Assembly: GCA_048213135.1 (NCBI GenBank)
Contig: PS015442.1
Coordinates: 14,194-78,193, forward strand
Direction of reading: 5' to 3'
Origin: Reclinomonas americana ATCC 50394
Lineage: Eukaryota
Length of the DNA stretch: 64,000 nt
Each line of letters opens with the position of its first letter. The stretch's first letter is position 1. This document shows, one piece after another, positions 37,339 to 49,500 of this stretch. The notes under the pieces were generated by a model, which had not been told where the DNA came from, did no database searches, and saw nothing but the letters and a program-made list of their open reading frames with translations. The translations under genes were made by a program, and so were the position numbers.

Positions 37339-40300
37339 ATGAGCGCAGCAGCGAAGCGAGTGGCGTTCTCTGCTGGTGGCGACACGAGCGATGCGGTGCT
37401 GTCCTCTGTGACGTTTGTCTTGCCGCCGGGCACAGTCGCATCCAATGAAAAGAGCAACAACAAGCGAGGCAAGAAGAGTGGCTCGACCACGACGACCACT
37501 GTGGCAACCAGCACGCGTCTCGAGGACATTATGATCAGTGGAGACCATGAGGTGCGTGGGAGAGCGCGTGACAAGTTCGCGCCATTTCTCACTTTTATCA
37601 CACGCACACGCAGACTTTGTTGGCGGCGCTCGACGTCCCCGCCAACTCACGTCCTCGACTCGGCTACGATCTCGGCGTGGAAGTCGTGTTTGAGGCTGTC
37701 ACATCCGATCGACATGCGCCTCTGCTACGGTCTGTCTGTGTGCGCGTGTTGGTGTCACTCACACTCATCACTCACTCGCACGCAATCAGTGGCGTGTTGA
37801 GCAAGCGACCGGAGTTGGCGCACTCGCGCAAGCACGGCAAGACACCGCTCTTCAGCGCCGTTCAGTATGAGTGCATTGAGGTGCGATTGAGAGAGGAGCC
37901 GTTGTGATTGCCTTGATTGCCTCATTCAATCGATTGATGGTGGTTGGCAGTGTGTTCGCGCGCTGCTGGAGGCCGGTGCCGAGGTGGAAAGCAACGCGGC
38001 GGATGAGTACGGCGTGACTCCGCTGGCACTGGCGGCCAGCATCCCCAGCACGGATATCTTTATGCTGCTGCTGCGCGACTTTGGTGCGTCGGTGTATGCG
38101 GTCGACAAGTGTGGCGAGACGGTGCTGCACAAGTGTGCCATTAGCGGCGATGTGCTGATCATGGAGGCGGTGCTGCGCGAGTTTAAGCCCTCAGACCCAC
38201 GCAGCAAGTGGTCGTCGATTGAGGAGTTTGTGTCGGTGTTGGACTCGGTGGGTCAGTGCGCGGTGCACTTGGCCATGTGTGATGGGTTGCGTCTACGACT
38301 GTGTCTCCCTGGTGTTTTCTGTGCACAGTCGCTGACTGTGCGGGTATTGCAGGAAGCTGTCGCCGCTCTACGGTGCGCCCAAGTCAAGAACACCTGTCGC
38401 GAATGCCGCTGTGGTTGGTGTGTCGGTCAGGGAGTCACCGCCCAAGACGACTCTGGTTTCGGTGGCCAGCAAGAAGCAGGCGAACAGTGCGGTCGGCTTG
38501 GTGTCGGGCGAGGGAGTCGACGGTGAGCATGCCACCGTGGTCGACCCGGAGCTGGATGGCGTCGACGATGAGGCGTTGCAGGAGGAGGTTGTGGACAGCG
38601 ACACGGGCAACATGGAGGTCTCGCAAATCATGCTCGATCTCTTGGTGCGCTTCTGCCCCAAGCTCGACTTTTGCGTGCGCGACGGGCGCGGTTTTGCCCC
38701 GATCCACTACACTTGCTCCGTCGGCAACGCCGACACCACGGCACGCCTCATGATCCTCACACGCAGACCAAACGTGATGAGCAAGACGGGACGCACGCCA
38801 CTCTTTGTCGCCTGCATGCACGGCTGGTTCGAGGTGGTGGCCAACATGCTGGACGTCGCCGAAGAGGACCAGGAGATTTGTCTGCAGCAGGCCGAGGAGG
38901 GAATGCGCAATCCGGCCGCGCCCAGCTCCTCCAAGTCCCCGACCCCGATGGAGATCGCCATCAATGCGCCCGACATCAAGGGTCGCACGCCGCTCATGAT
39001 GGCGTGCAAGCGCGGCTCCGACTCTTGCGTGCAGCTGCTGCTCGCCGAGGGTGCAGCGGTGAACACCATTGAGAAGCCGTCGCGCGATTCCCCACTGCAT
39101 GCGCTGGCACGCAACACCACCGATCGCGCGGGTGCGCTGCGTGCGCTCCAGCTCATCATCACCGAGGCCTACATTGGTCACAATCTGATTACCTATCGTT
39201 GCGTTGGTCGCCCCCCCTCCACTGTCGTGTCGTGAGAGAGAGATTCTCATCTCCGAGTCTCCCCCGACTGCAGCCAACCACGCTGGCCGACACATTCCCA
39301 AGCCCGCCGCGCTGGCCGATCTGCTGTACCACTTCAACAGCGAGCAGATGAACGCCTTTGAGGTGGCGGTGGAGTACAAGAATCGGGAAATGGCACACAT
39401 TTTGCGCCGCTACATGGTGCGTCCATCATTTTGTGAAGCCCTCCCACTGTCAGCAGTGCGACTCAACGCGTGTGTGTGGCAGGACGCGGTGATTATGTGG
39501 CGACCGGGTGGATACCAGCCGTTGACCGAGGACGAGGAACGCAAGGTGCTGCAGCGCCACGAGCAACTGCAACAGGTGATGATCATGCGGCTGCGCGAGG
39601 AGCTCGGCTACACGGTGGCCACCGAAGACGCCGTCGCAGTGCGACCAGATCGGCCGTTGGCGGCGATTGCTGCCGAGCCGACTCCGGCGCCGACCTCGGC
39701 TGCAGCTCCGCAGTCACCACCGAGCGGCGCCGTGTCGCCGCCGGCCACCAATGTGCGTTCACGAGGTAAGAAGGGTGGCAAGACTGCGGCGTCGGCCACC
39801 GTCGTGGAGCGCCACGAGTTGCCAGTGGTGTCGGAGGCCGACAAGGAGAATGCGAATCAGTCGCCGGTGCCAGCGTCGGCGAAATCAAAAACCGCCAAGC
39901 TGGGTGTCGAGGTCACCACAGTGGCGACCACCAAGAAGAAGGGTGCCGGCAAGAAGGCGGCTGTGATGGCCGCGGCGGCACCAGCCGGCAAGGCCCGCGT
40001 GTTGATTGTTGCGTCGTCGCCGCGTCGAGACCGACTCCGTTGCCTTTCTCTGACTCGCACTCGCGTGCCGATGCACAGAGCTCATCTTCCACCGCCACAC
40101 ACAATGTTAACGTGGGCGGCAAGCAAAAGGGCGGCAAGGTGTGTGTCGCGGGCAAAAGCATATGTCTGTCCCATTCCGCACTCACCAACTCGCCCCCCTT
40201 TTGCAGGCCTCCAAATCAAACACCAATACCACCAAGGGCTCGACCGTCGCCAGTGACAACACGTCGACGGTGGAGGTCACGACGACCAAGGTCACTCGCG

Positions 40301-40446
40301 TGCGCCGTGAGGTGGTGATGCGGTATCGTCACCCTTGCCTTCGTGGCTTCAACTACATGTTGCTCGTGCTCCTCGTGTTCCTCGTCGGCCTCCTCTTCTC
40401 GCACCTTGTGTACTGGAGAGCCGGTCGCGTGTCGCTCGGCTGGTGA
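37339..40446 (+). CDS. Ankyrin-repeat protein with a C-terminal TM anchor
   Basis: Repeats GKTPLFSA, GVTPLALA, GETVLHKCA, GFAPIHY, GRTPLFVA, GRTPLMMA and DSPLHAL. Terminal hydrophobic segment MLLVLLVFLVGLLFSHLVYW. Confidence 0.9.
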
Positions 40447-40715
40447 TTCGATCGCCGTCCACAGACGACCAAATATGTGTGTTTGTACCCGCAGTGTTGT
40501 TTTGCTGTGTAGTTTGTTTTGTGTGTTGTGTTGATCTGCCGCGACGCCTTGCGCGTGTCTGCGTCTCTCTCCCCCCCTTTCCCCCTTCATGTGCACCGCC
40601 GACTGCGCGCAGAGCGTGGGGGCCGTCGATTGGCCGCTGCTCCCTCTCTGCGCTGCGCTGAAAGAAACATTAATCGTACATAAAAATCTTGTTGCCCGTG
40701 GCGTGTGACTCGCGT

Positions 40716-42370
40716 TCAATAGTACGACTTGCGTGGATTGTTGAATGGACTGCGCGCACACACGAGAGATGAGCACGAGGAGAACAGGCGTGCCCAAGGT
40801 GTCACGCCTCGTAACTTGGGTCGATGCTGGTACGACAGCATCATGCGTTTCCTGAAAATCTCCGTGTCGTCGTCCTGCGCCTCCACCTCAAAGGTCTTGG
40901 CGCGGGCTCCCAGGCCACGAGTGCCACCCATGTCGACGGCTTCTACCGGCGCCACACGGCCCTGGCCCTCCGCCCCGAGTCCACCACCACCCCAACCCAT
41001 CCGTGCCATCATCTGGTGCCCCTTGTTGCTGTCGTCCAGTTGAATCTGCGACGCCGGATCCACCTCTTCCTCGTCCAACTGCACGCCCTTGGCGCGCGCG
41101 GCCTGATGTATGAACTTTTTCAGTTCCTCGCGCGGCAGATAGTGGTTCACAGAGCGCTTATTGGCACCACGCGCTCCGCTACCGCCACCGCTGCCACCAG
41201 GCGCGCCGCTGGCCGGCGTGCCCACTCCCTCGCTGCCACCGTGCTTCATCGGCGTCACCTCCACCTCCATCAATTCGGCGCCCGCACTGGACGTGAGAAT
41301 GGCTGCAGCACGCACAGTGAATACCGCAGATCGCTGTCGCACACTATTGCGGATAAAGAAACGCAACAAGAGGGCGTCGCCAGGCGCGCCAGCACCTCGG
41401 GCGAGTTGAAATCCCGCGTGTGCGACTCAAACAGCGGCTTACCGAGCCGCTGTCGCTCACGAGCCAAGCGTGCACGATAGTACATGCAGTCGGTGGAGTC
41501 GTAAATGTACAGGAACGAGAAGCGCGGATCGGCCATGTTCTTGCGCAGACACGCCAACTCCACTCGCGGTCCGTGCTTGCCAATGAAGCGGGCCAGCTTG
41601 TCGATGCGCTCGTGCAGCACTCCGTTGCTGGGCGGAGCCACCGATGCTGTGCGATGATCGCATTAGCAACGAAGGAGGATAGAGAGTGAAGGAGAAGACG
41701 CGAGAAGCTCACCTGGCATCGCCGTCAATGCTGGCGACGACTCGGGCAGGCCGTCCAGTGCCGACTCGCGTCGCTGTCGCTTGCTGCTCGACTGCCCATC
41801 ACTCTCCATTGCTGCAGTGGACGCAGACAATGCCGGCGAAGCTGCAGTCGTTGTTGTTGTTGTTGAAGATAATGACGAAGGCGTGGCAAAGGAGGAGCCC
41901 CCTGCGGCAGCCTCTGCGGCCGCTCTACACCGTGCACGCGAGACGAGTGAGCTCTCTTCACACATAGAGAAGCAATGACAATCGAGAACGAGAGAGTCAC
42001 CTTCTCTTGGACACTGCCTCGCTGCCGCGAATGCGAGGCTGTGGAGGTGACCTGTGTGTGGCGCACAAAGCGTGTGAGTCTCTTTCTCTCTTTCACACAC
42101 ACATACTCTCCTCTCTCTCTTTGAGCATCCCCATCAGCACCTGAGTGCACTGCGCTTAACAGGGCCAGAGAACACCTCATCATCGTCCTCGTCGGCACCG
42201 AGAGAGAAGGGCACTGCACCAATGACTCCGCCTCCTCCAGCCGACATTGCCGAAAGCGGCGTGGCAACGGTGGAGATGAGAGAGCTGGTGGGAGTTGCGG
42301 TGGCGAGCAGGTCGCCACCGGGCGTTGAGGGGGTGAGGCTGAAGGAGAAGGCCGGCTTCTTGCTTGACAT
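40716..42370 (-). CDS. SUGP1: SURP and G-patch domain splicing factor
   Basis: SURP domain RIDKLARFIGKHGPRVE...FSFLY...YYRARL; G-patch SNKGHQMMARMGW..GLGAEGQG; C-terminus FRKRMMLSYQHRP..NNPRKSYY. Confidence 0.88.
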
Positions 42371-43526
42371 TCTTGTCTACGTACGTATTGTGGAGTGTGT
42401 AGTGGGACGAGCGCAGGGTGTGGGACGCAATGCGACGACGGTGATGGAGCTCGTGCAGCAGTTCAGGCGTGCTGATCGGGCGTCGGCAAGGCAGTGCGAG
42501 CATGCACTGTCACTGTGAGTTGATGGCACGACGTGCACCAGGTCGACGTCCGTGTGATATCGATCCGCGTGTTCGGATATATATCGATTGCAGCCGGCGC
42601 CGGCCAGCTGCAGGCGTTTTCTGATCCAGACAAACGAGAGTTGATGGGAGAAAGATGCGTTTGTCGATTGCCACATGCTTGCTGGGGCAGTCCTTGTATA
42701 AGTTGTTGTTGACGCATGCGCGAGAGCAGTCACACCCGCAAGCGCATCGCTGTGGATCGATCATTCAGTATCGCTGCGTTGTTCTGCAGGCCCGCTGCTA
42801 CACGCCTCCAACCTGCTTGGTGCACCTCTGCATTGCCAGTCTTCTGTCGCTATCAATTGGTGCGCGCGGTTTTGCCATCGATATCCATGTACATGTGAGG
42901 GCCAGTTTACTCTTTCCGCTCGCGGCAGTGTGAGTGCACTCGCACATGCGCCATCCACGCTTCGATTCAAACCCTCTTGTGCGCACCGCTGCGTGTCGAG
43001 CTCAACGGCATCGAATAAGACGACGATCGTGAATAACGGTGCAACAAAATACCGACGCACCTGAATATCGGGTCCTCCTGCTGTCCCTCTCTCCTCCCTC
43101 TCCCCTCCGCATTGACCACTGCGGCTGTGCCCCCATCGCTCCCCGCCAAGTGCTGTATTGCCTAAGATGTCGCCGATTGGTTGATCATACAGATGTCGAG
43201 TGGTCACTCCGGACAAGTCGATTAACTCGTACACACCACCTCGTCCCCCTCACTCTCCGTGGCTGTACTGCCCTCTGCACTTTGGTGGAGGCGCGACATG
43301 TGCAGTCAACGCAACTCTGCACACTGTTGCTTGCCTGTTGTGACCCCAGAAGCCGTTGGCGGAGCATTTCACAAAAACGACCGTTTGTGCGTCTGTCTTT
43401 TCACTTTTTGCGCGAGAGAAGACAACACTGTATCACTCGCTCCACACACACGCACGCACGCGCGCCCACACGCATCTCACACGAACACCTTGTTAATCCC
43501 TTGTGCGTGTGCGTGTGCTGGGTGAG

Positions 43527-46500
43527 ATGAGCCGTGGTACTACAAAAAATAGATGCGTCGCCTGGTCTGCGATGGCAGTCTCGCTACTGCTGGTGCTGCT
43601 GCTGCCGGTGGTCGCGGCGGAGAGAGTGGTATGTATGCGCACGCGATCACCCCGCATATGTGGCGATTCTCACTGCGCTCTCTGCGGTAGCACTCGATGA
43701 ATACCGGTCCAAGCGTCCGGGTTGAGAGCATCGATGGTGCGTGCGTGTTCTGTGTATGCCAAGCGGTGCGCATGTGCATCGTTCCCTCACTTCTTCTTTG
43801 TCTGTTGCACAGGCTCATTACTGCTGAGTGGCGGCATCTCTCTTCGCACTGCATCACCGTCCATTGACGACTTCACTCCTCGCTACTTCCCCAACCTCTC
43901 GTTGAGTTGGACGAGCACACACTCCTCCTCTGCCCCCGTCGCCTTCTCACCCTCTCACACGACCAGATACCGTCGATTCAACATCACGGTCACCGACGCT
44001 GTGGACAACTCTGCCGACGCCGGCTGGTTCGTGGTCATTCCGGCGGCGACCTCCTGCCTCTCTCTCATGTCGGTCGACGATCCCGACTCGCCCACCTCGA
44101 TCGAAACAAGGGCAGCCGAATTGTCGACCTCGTCTGCGCATGCAGCACCATCGACGAGAACGGCGTCAGTCCAGTCGACACTCAAACTCACCGGTGACTT
44201 CTCGGCCACCGCTGCTGGCTTTTACACAGTCTGTGTGCGCTGGTCCCCTACCTCGGCCTACTCGACTGTTGGTACACTGCAGGTCACTGCCATTAGCAGC
44301 TGCTCGTTTGCTGGCACGGGGAGCACTGGTCTCGCCAGTGGACCGGCTGCCTCAGCCACGTTCACCCACCCATACAGCATTGTCAGCGACAACGCTGGAG
44401 GCTGGTTTGTCAGCGAAGTGGTGAGTTGACGGTCGCCGGCGCCTGTCATGATCGCGCGCACCGTGACGGTGTTTCACCTTTCATGTTGCACAGGAGTCCC
44501 ACAAGATTCGTCGCATCACGCCATCCGGGTACGTGTACGACTTTGTCGGCAGCGGTGCCGCCGGCCTAGTCGATGGCTTCCGTCAGGGCGCGGCCTTCAA
44601 CGGGCCCAGCAGCCTCTACTTCAACGCCAACAACAGCATGCTGTACGTCGCCGACTCCAACAACGGGGCGATCCGCATGGTGAGCCTCGACGGAACGGTG
44701 ACCACGCTGGTCGGTGCTGGCAATGGAATGCCGAGCGACGGATCATTCCCCATCGGCAGCGCCAAACTCGGCACCACCAAGTTCCTCACGGGCCAAGGCA
44801 ATCTCTTGTATGCCAGCGACAACACCAACCGTGTGCGCCGCCTTGATGTCGCCAGTGGTGAGTGCTGCACAAGCCGGTCTCGAGCACCGCATGCTGATGC
44901 TCCGTTCCCCCCACCGATGCAGGCACCATGCAGACAGTGGCTGGCGATGGCACAGCAATGTCCAGCACTGGCACACTCCCCTCACGGATCAATGGCCCCA
45001 CCGGCATCACCATGTCGCCCACCAGCAACAGGCTGTTTGTGGCAGACTCGTCACACACTGTTCGCTTCCTCAACTTTACCGGCAGCACTCTGAGCCTTGC
45101 AGCCGGCGTCAGCGACACCTCTGGCAATGTGGACGGTGCGACGTGGGCCACTGGAGCGTCAAAACCCAAGTTCTCGTCCCCAGAAGGTGTGGTGTTTGAC
45201 TCGCGAGGCAGCCTGATCATTGTCGACGCGGTGCGTGCACGCGTATGGGTGTGTGCGTGTGTGCACAAGTGGGAGTGTTCATTCTGCCTTTTCCCCTGGT
45301 AACCAGGGCAACAGCGCCGTTCGCGAGCTCACCACCGACAGTCGTGTGTACACGTTTATCAATGGTCGTCAGCAAGCGCACTCACCGACGATCCGAGCCG
45401 ACGGCACCAGCATTCTGCTGCCATTCAAAGGAGTTGAGCTGAACAGTTGATCCATCCCGCTTGCCCCGTCTCTTGTCACTTACCATTCACGTTTGCGCTC
45501 TCTGTTGCAGAACACCACCCCTCGCATCGACGTCGTTTACTATGGCAGTTGCGCACAGCGCTAGCTTCTCTCTGCCTTCCCTCCCCTTCATGCTCACTCC
45601 CACGAATGACAGGCACGGTCATTGCCGTCACTCCGCACGCGGTGGCCCGTCAGTCGGGTACGCGCAGTATTACACTGACTGGCTGCTCGCTGGTCGACGT
45701 GTCGTCTGTGGACTCGGCCTTCTTGTTGACGAGTTCGTCGACGCCATGCAGCAGCTTGAAAGCCGTGCCGATGGGCGCGACAAAGCCCGACGTTACCAGC
45801 GTCACATACACTAGTGCCTCGCAGATGGTGCTGAGCGTCGACACGACTGGTACCTCTGGCGGCATCTACAACCTGTGCTTCCGCGCGAAGAGCGACTGGA
45901 TGTCGTGGGTGCAAGTCGGATACCTGCGACTGTGGCAAATCACCACAGTGACCCCCAGTGCGCTGCAGCGGCGTGCCAACTCGGTGATTGTAATCAATGG
46001 CACGGGACTGCCGGATCTGACGGGTACCAGCACCACGGCATTCACAGTCGGCATTGGCTCATCGTGCACGTCGCTGACGGGCACGCTTCCGGCGGTGGTC
46101 ACCTCTGTCAGTTCGCTGCAGATGATCCTCACTGTTGACGCGTCGGGAGCGTCGATTTTGAACTCGGTGTACCGTGTGTGCATGGACGATGGCTCAGGCA
46201 GTGGACCCACCTCGGTGTACTCGACACTGGTCGTCAGTGCGTTTCCATCCGTCAAATCACTTTCCCCTCAATCTCCCTTTTCTCGCAACTAATTTTCGCT
46301 TGCCGCTCCTCAGTGTCGAGCACGACATGCACCGTGACCGGTATCGCCGATACTCCGGGTGCTACCGACGGCGCTGCCACGTCGGCCAAGTTCAGCGGTC
46401 CTGCCGGTCTTGCGCTTCACCCCACGACAGGTGATCTGTTCATCGCCGACACTGGCAACAAGATCATTCGTCGCATGAGCTCCGGTGGCACTGTGTCGAC

Positions 46501-49500
46501 ATTGGCGGGCGTTGCAGGCTCTTCGGCGCACGTTGACGGACTGGCCACGACTGCGCGCTTCCAGTCGCCGTTCGGGTTGGTGGTAGATGCTGCTGGAGGG
46601 TCACTGTATATCAGTGAGCCGGACCATTTCTACATTCGAGCTCTCAACCTCACCAGCAATGCGGTGACGACTCTGACCGGCAACGGCACGTCGACATACA
46701 CGGACGGCTCGTTTGCTTCGGCGCGATTGGTGCAGCCGGCGTTCCTCACGCGTGCACTCACCGGTTCCAGCATCTACTTTTGCGATGGATCAGTTGCGCC
46801 AAGTGATTCTCAGAAACGCGCGCTCGCTCCGTTGCTCATGACCACCGTTCCTCCTATGCAGGGCAATCGACTGCGGCTCTTGCAGTTTTCCTCCACATCG
46901 CCGGGTGGCGGCACCGTATCCACAGTGGCCGGCACCGGTGTCGGAGGCAGACTCGATGGCCCTGCTCTGAGTGCAACACTCACGAATCCGTGGGGTCTGG
47001 CCTGGGTGACAACGACAACCATGATGATCACCGAGCGAGATAGCTACCGCATTCGCATGTTGGACGTCTCATCCAGCACACTGGGTACAGCAGCCGGCTC
47101 GGGCGTCAGTGGGTGCGTAAAATAGCAGGGAATTCGGCAGCAATATTTGTTCGACCATCACCCACCGTGTCGTTTGCCGTGCAGGTTGCTGGATGGTGTG
47201 GCCTCGCGCAGTCAAGTGGGCCAACTGAGTGCCGCTGTCAGTCGCAATGTAGGCAGTGGTCTGGCTCTGTTTGCCGACAAGGTGTGTGAACAGTATGTGT
47301 GTTTCGCACATGCGACAACCTTTAACATGCTGTGCAGCAAAATCGTGTGATTCGCATGTTTGCTGCCAACGGCGGTGGTGAGTTGCAGAAACCTACAGTA
47401 GTGAGCGAGGCGATGTGCGTGTGTACTCACTGCGCTTGCTCGCACAGGTCCTGCCACTGTGTCCACGGCATTCGGTTCGGGTTCGCCTGGCACCGCTGAC
47501 GGCAGCTCTTCGACAGCCTCTGTTGCGTCGTCTCATAGTCGCCTTCCACTCCTGCGAAAGTGTCACCCACATGTGTGTGCAAACAGTTCCGTTCGATGGT
47601 GGACTTGGCATTTTGGCCTGGCAACGACATGTTGTATGTGTCGGACCAGGATGCGAACACGATTCGAGCTGTCGTCTCATCTCGTTGTGTGCACTTGTGT
47701 TCGAGTTTTTGGACTCTTCTCTCTCGCTCATGCTTCATGTGTGTTGCACGCAGCCACCATCTTTTACGCCGACAAGTTGGTTCTCTTCAATGACACCACA
47801 CCGTCGACCATTGGTCTCTACGGGTGCGCTCTGGTGGACGTATCGGCCGACTCTAGCGCCTTCCGTGTGTTGAACAGCACCTCGGCCGCGCCAGTGACCA
47901 CCATGAGCATCACCAGCGCCTTTGTCAACAGTCGATCGCTCACCTTGTCGGTCCGCACAAACTTTGCTCTACCTGGCGTATATGTGATGCAAGTACGATG
48001 GTCGACATCGTCGCAGTACCTGACAGCATTCAACTTTACCGTCGGTGCGTACACTAGCACTTGCATACAGGAGACGCTTATCTGTCTCACACTTTGGTGA
48101 CCTTGCTGATGTGCAGCGGAGAAGCCGCGTCCGTTGTGCGCCGACCTGACCACTGTGAGCGTGGCTGCTGGCGCGCAGACGTCCGTCACCGACGGTAGCA
48201 AGCCGACGGCCAAGTACGAGCCGTTTATGTCTTGTCGGTGGCTGGTGCAAAGTGCCACACCCTCCTCCACGTCGATCTTTTACACCATTGCACGGCTGGA
48301 TACCGAGGCAAACAAGGACACTCTGCGAGTGTACAAGGACGGTGTGGAGTCGGCCGCCAACTTGCTGGCCACCTATTCTGGCAACCGCGCAGGGGCCTTC
48401 TTGGAAGTTGCCGGCTGTTGCGTTGATAGACTGCAGCTCTACTCGCTTCTCTTGTTCATCTACTCACGCGAAGCGGGCCGTGCAACGCAGCCTCGAAACT
48501 GTTGGTGGTGTTCGAGTCCGATGCCAGCAATCAGTACACTGGGTGGGAGATGCAAGTCTATGGTGCAGCCCCCTGTTGTCAACAAGCTGTGTTGCATTCA
48601 TTCAGTCTTACCACCTATCACAGTTCCGCGAGGCCTGCAAGTGACGCTCTCCGGCGACGGTGGCTTCTACTCGTGGGGCGACAGTGTAAAACTGGCAGCC
48701 TCAGTCAACGACATGGACAGTTCGTCTGTGTTTGCGACGGTGCGTTAGCGGGCAGCTTTTGTCGTCCTGGTCGATGTACGTGTCTTGCTGATGTGGAAGT
48801 TGCTGGCAGGCGGTGTTGGCCAGCACCGTGTGGGATTGTGCCTACTACTCTCCGCTGGGCTCGGGTGCCCCCGAGGCGTGTGGTCTGTCGTTTGGATCGC
48901 CAGTGAGCAACACATTTGATGCCAGCAACATGCGGAACGGAACGTTGCGTGTCCCCCGTTGCTCGCACCGCCGACTGTCAACTTGCTGCTGAGATTTCCT
49001 TGTGTTCTCTCCGTCAAACAGCTATGTGTTCTCCGTGACGGTGACACGCAGCAGCTACACGGCCACTGTCTCGTCGTCGATTACCTACGGTGCTGCCATG
49101 TCGGTGTATCTCTCGGTGGTGAGTAGTGTGCGCTCTGCTAAATTGCGTACCACATCGCTTGTTGTCATTGTATGTTGCTGACGGGCGGCTGGTGCAGCCG
49201 AGTGTGGGCGGTTCATCACTGCTTCGCAACTACATGGAGCCGTTTGTTGTGCGTGCAATGTTCCCGAATGGCGTCAGTGACGACATGGCCTCCATGACGA
49301 CTACATTCGAGGTCACAAGTTGCGCACACGACGCATTGCAAGTTGTCGTCGTGTCTCCTTCCTTTGCCACTATTCTCAATTCGCTCCTTTCGTTTGTGAA
49401 TGGCAGATCAAGGCACAAAGGCGGTAGTACCACTGGAAAAGTTCACTGTGCTGCGCAACTCGCGCTCACAGCCGATTGCACTGCGTATTGCTGCGGGTGT

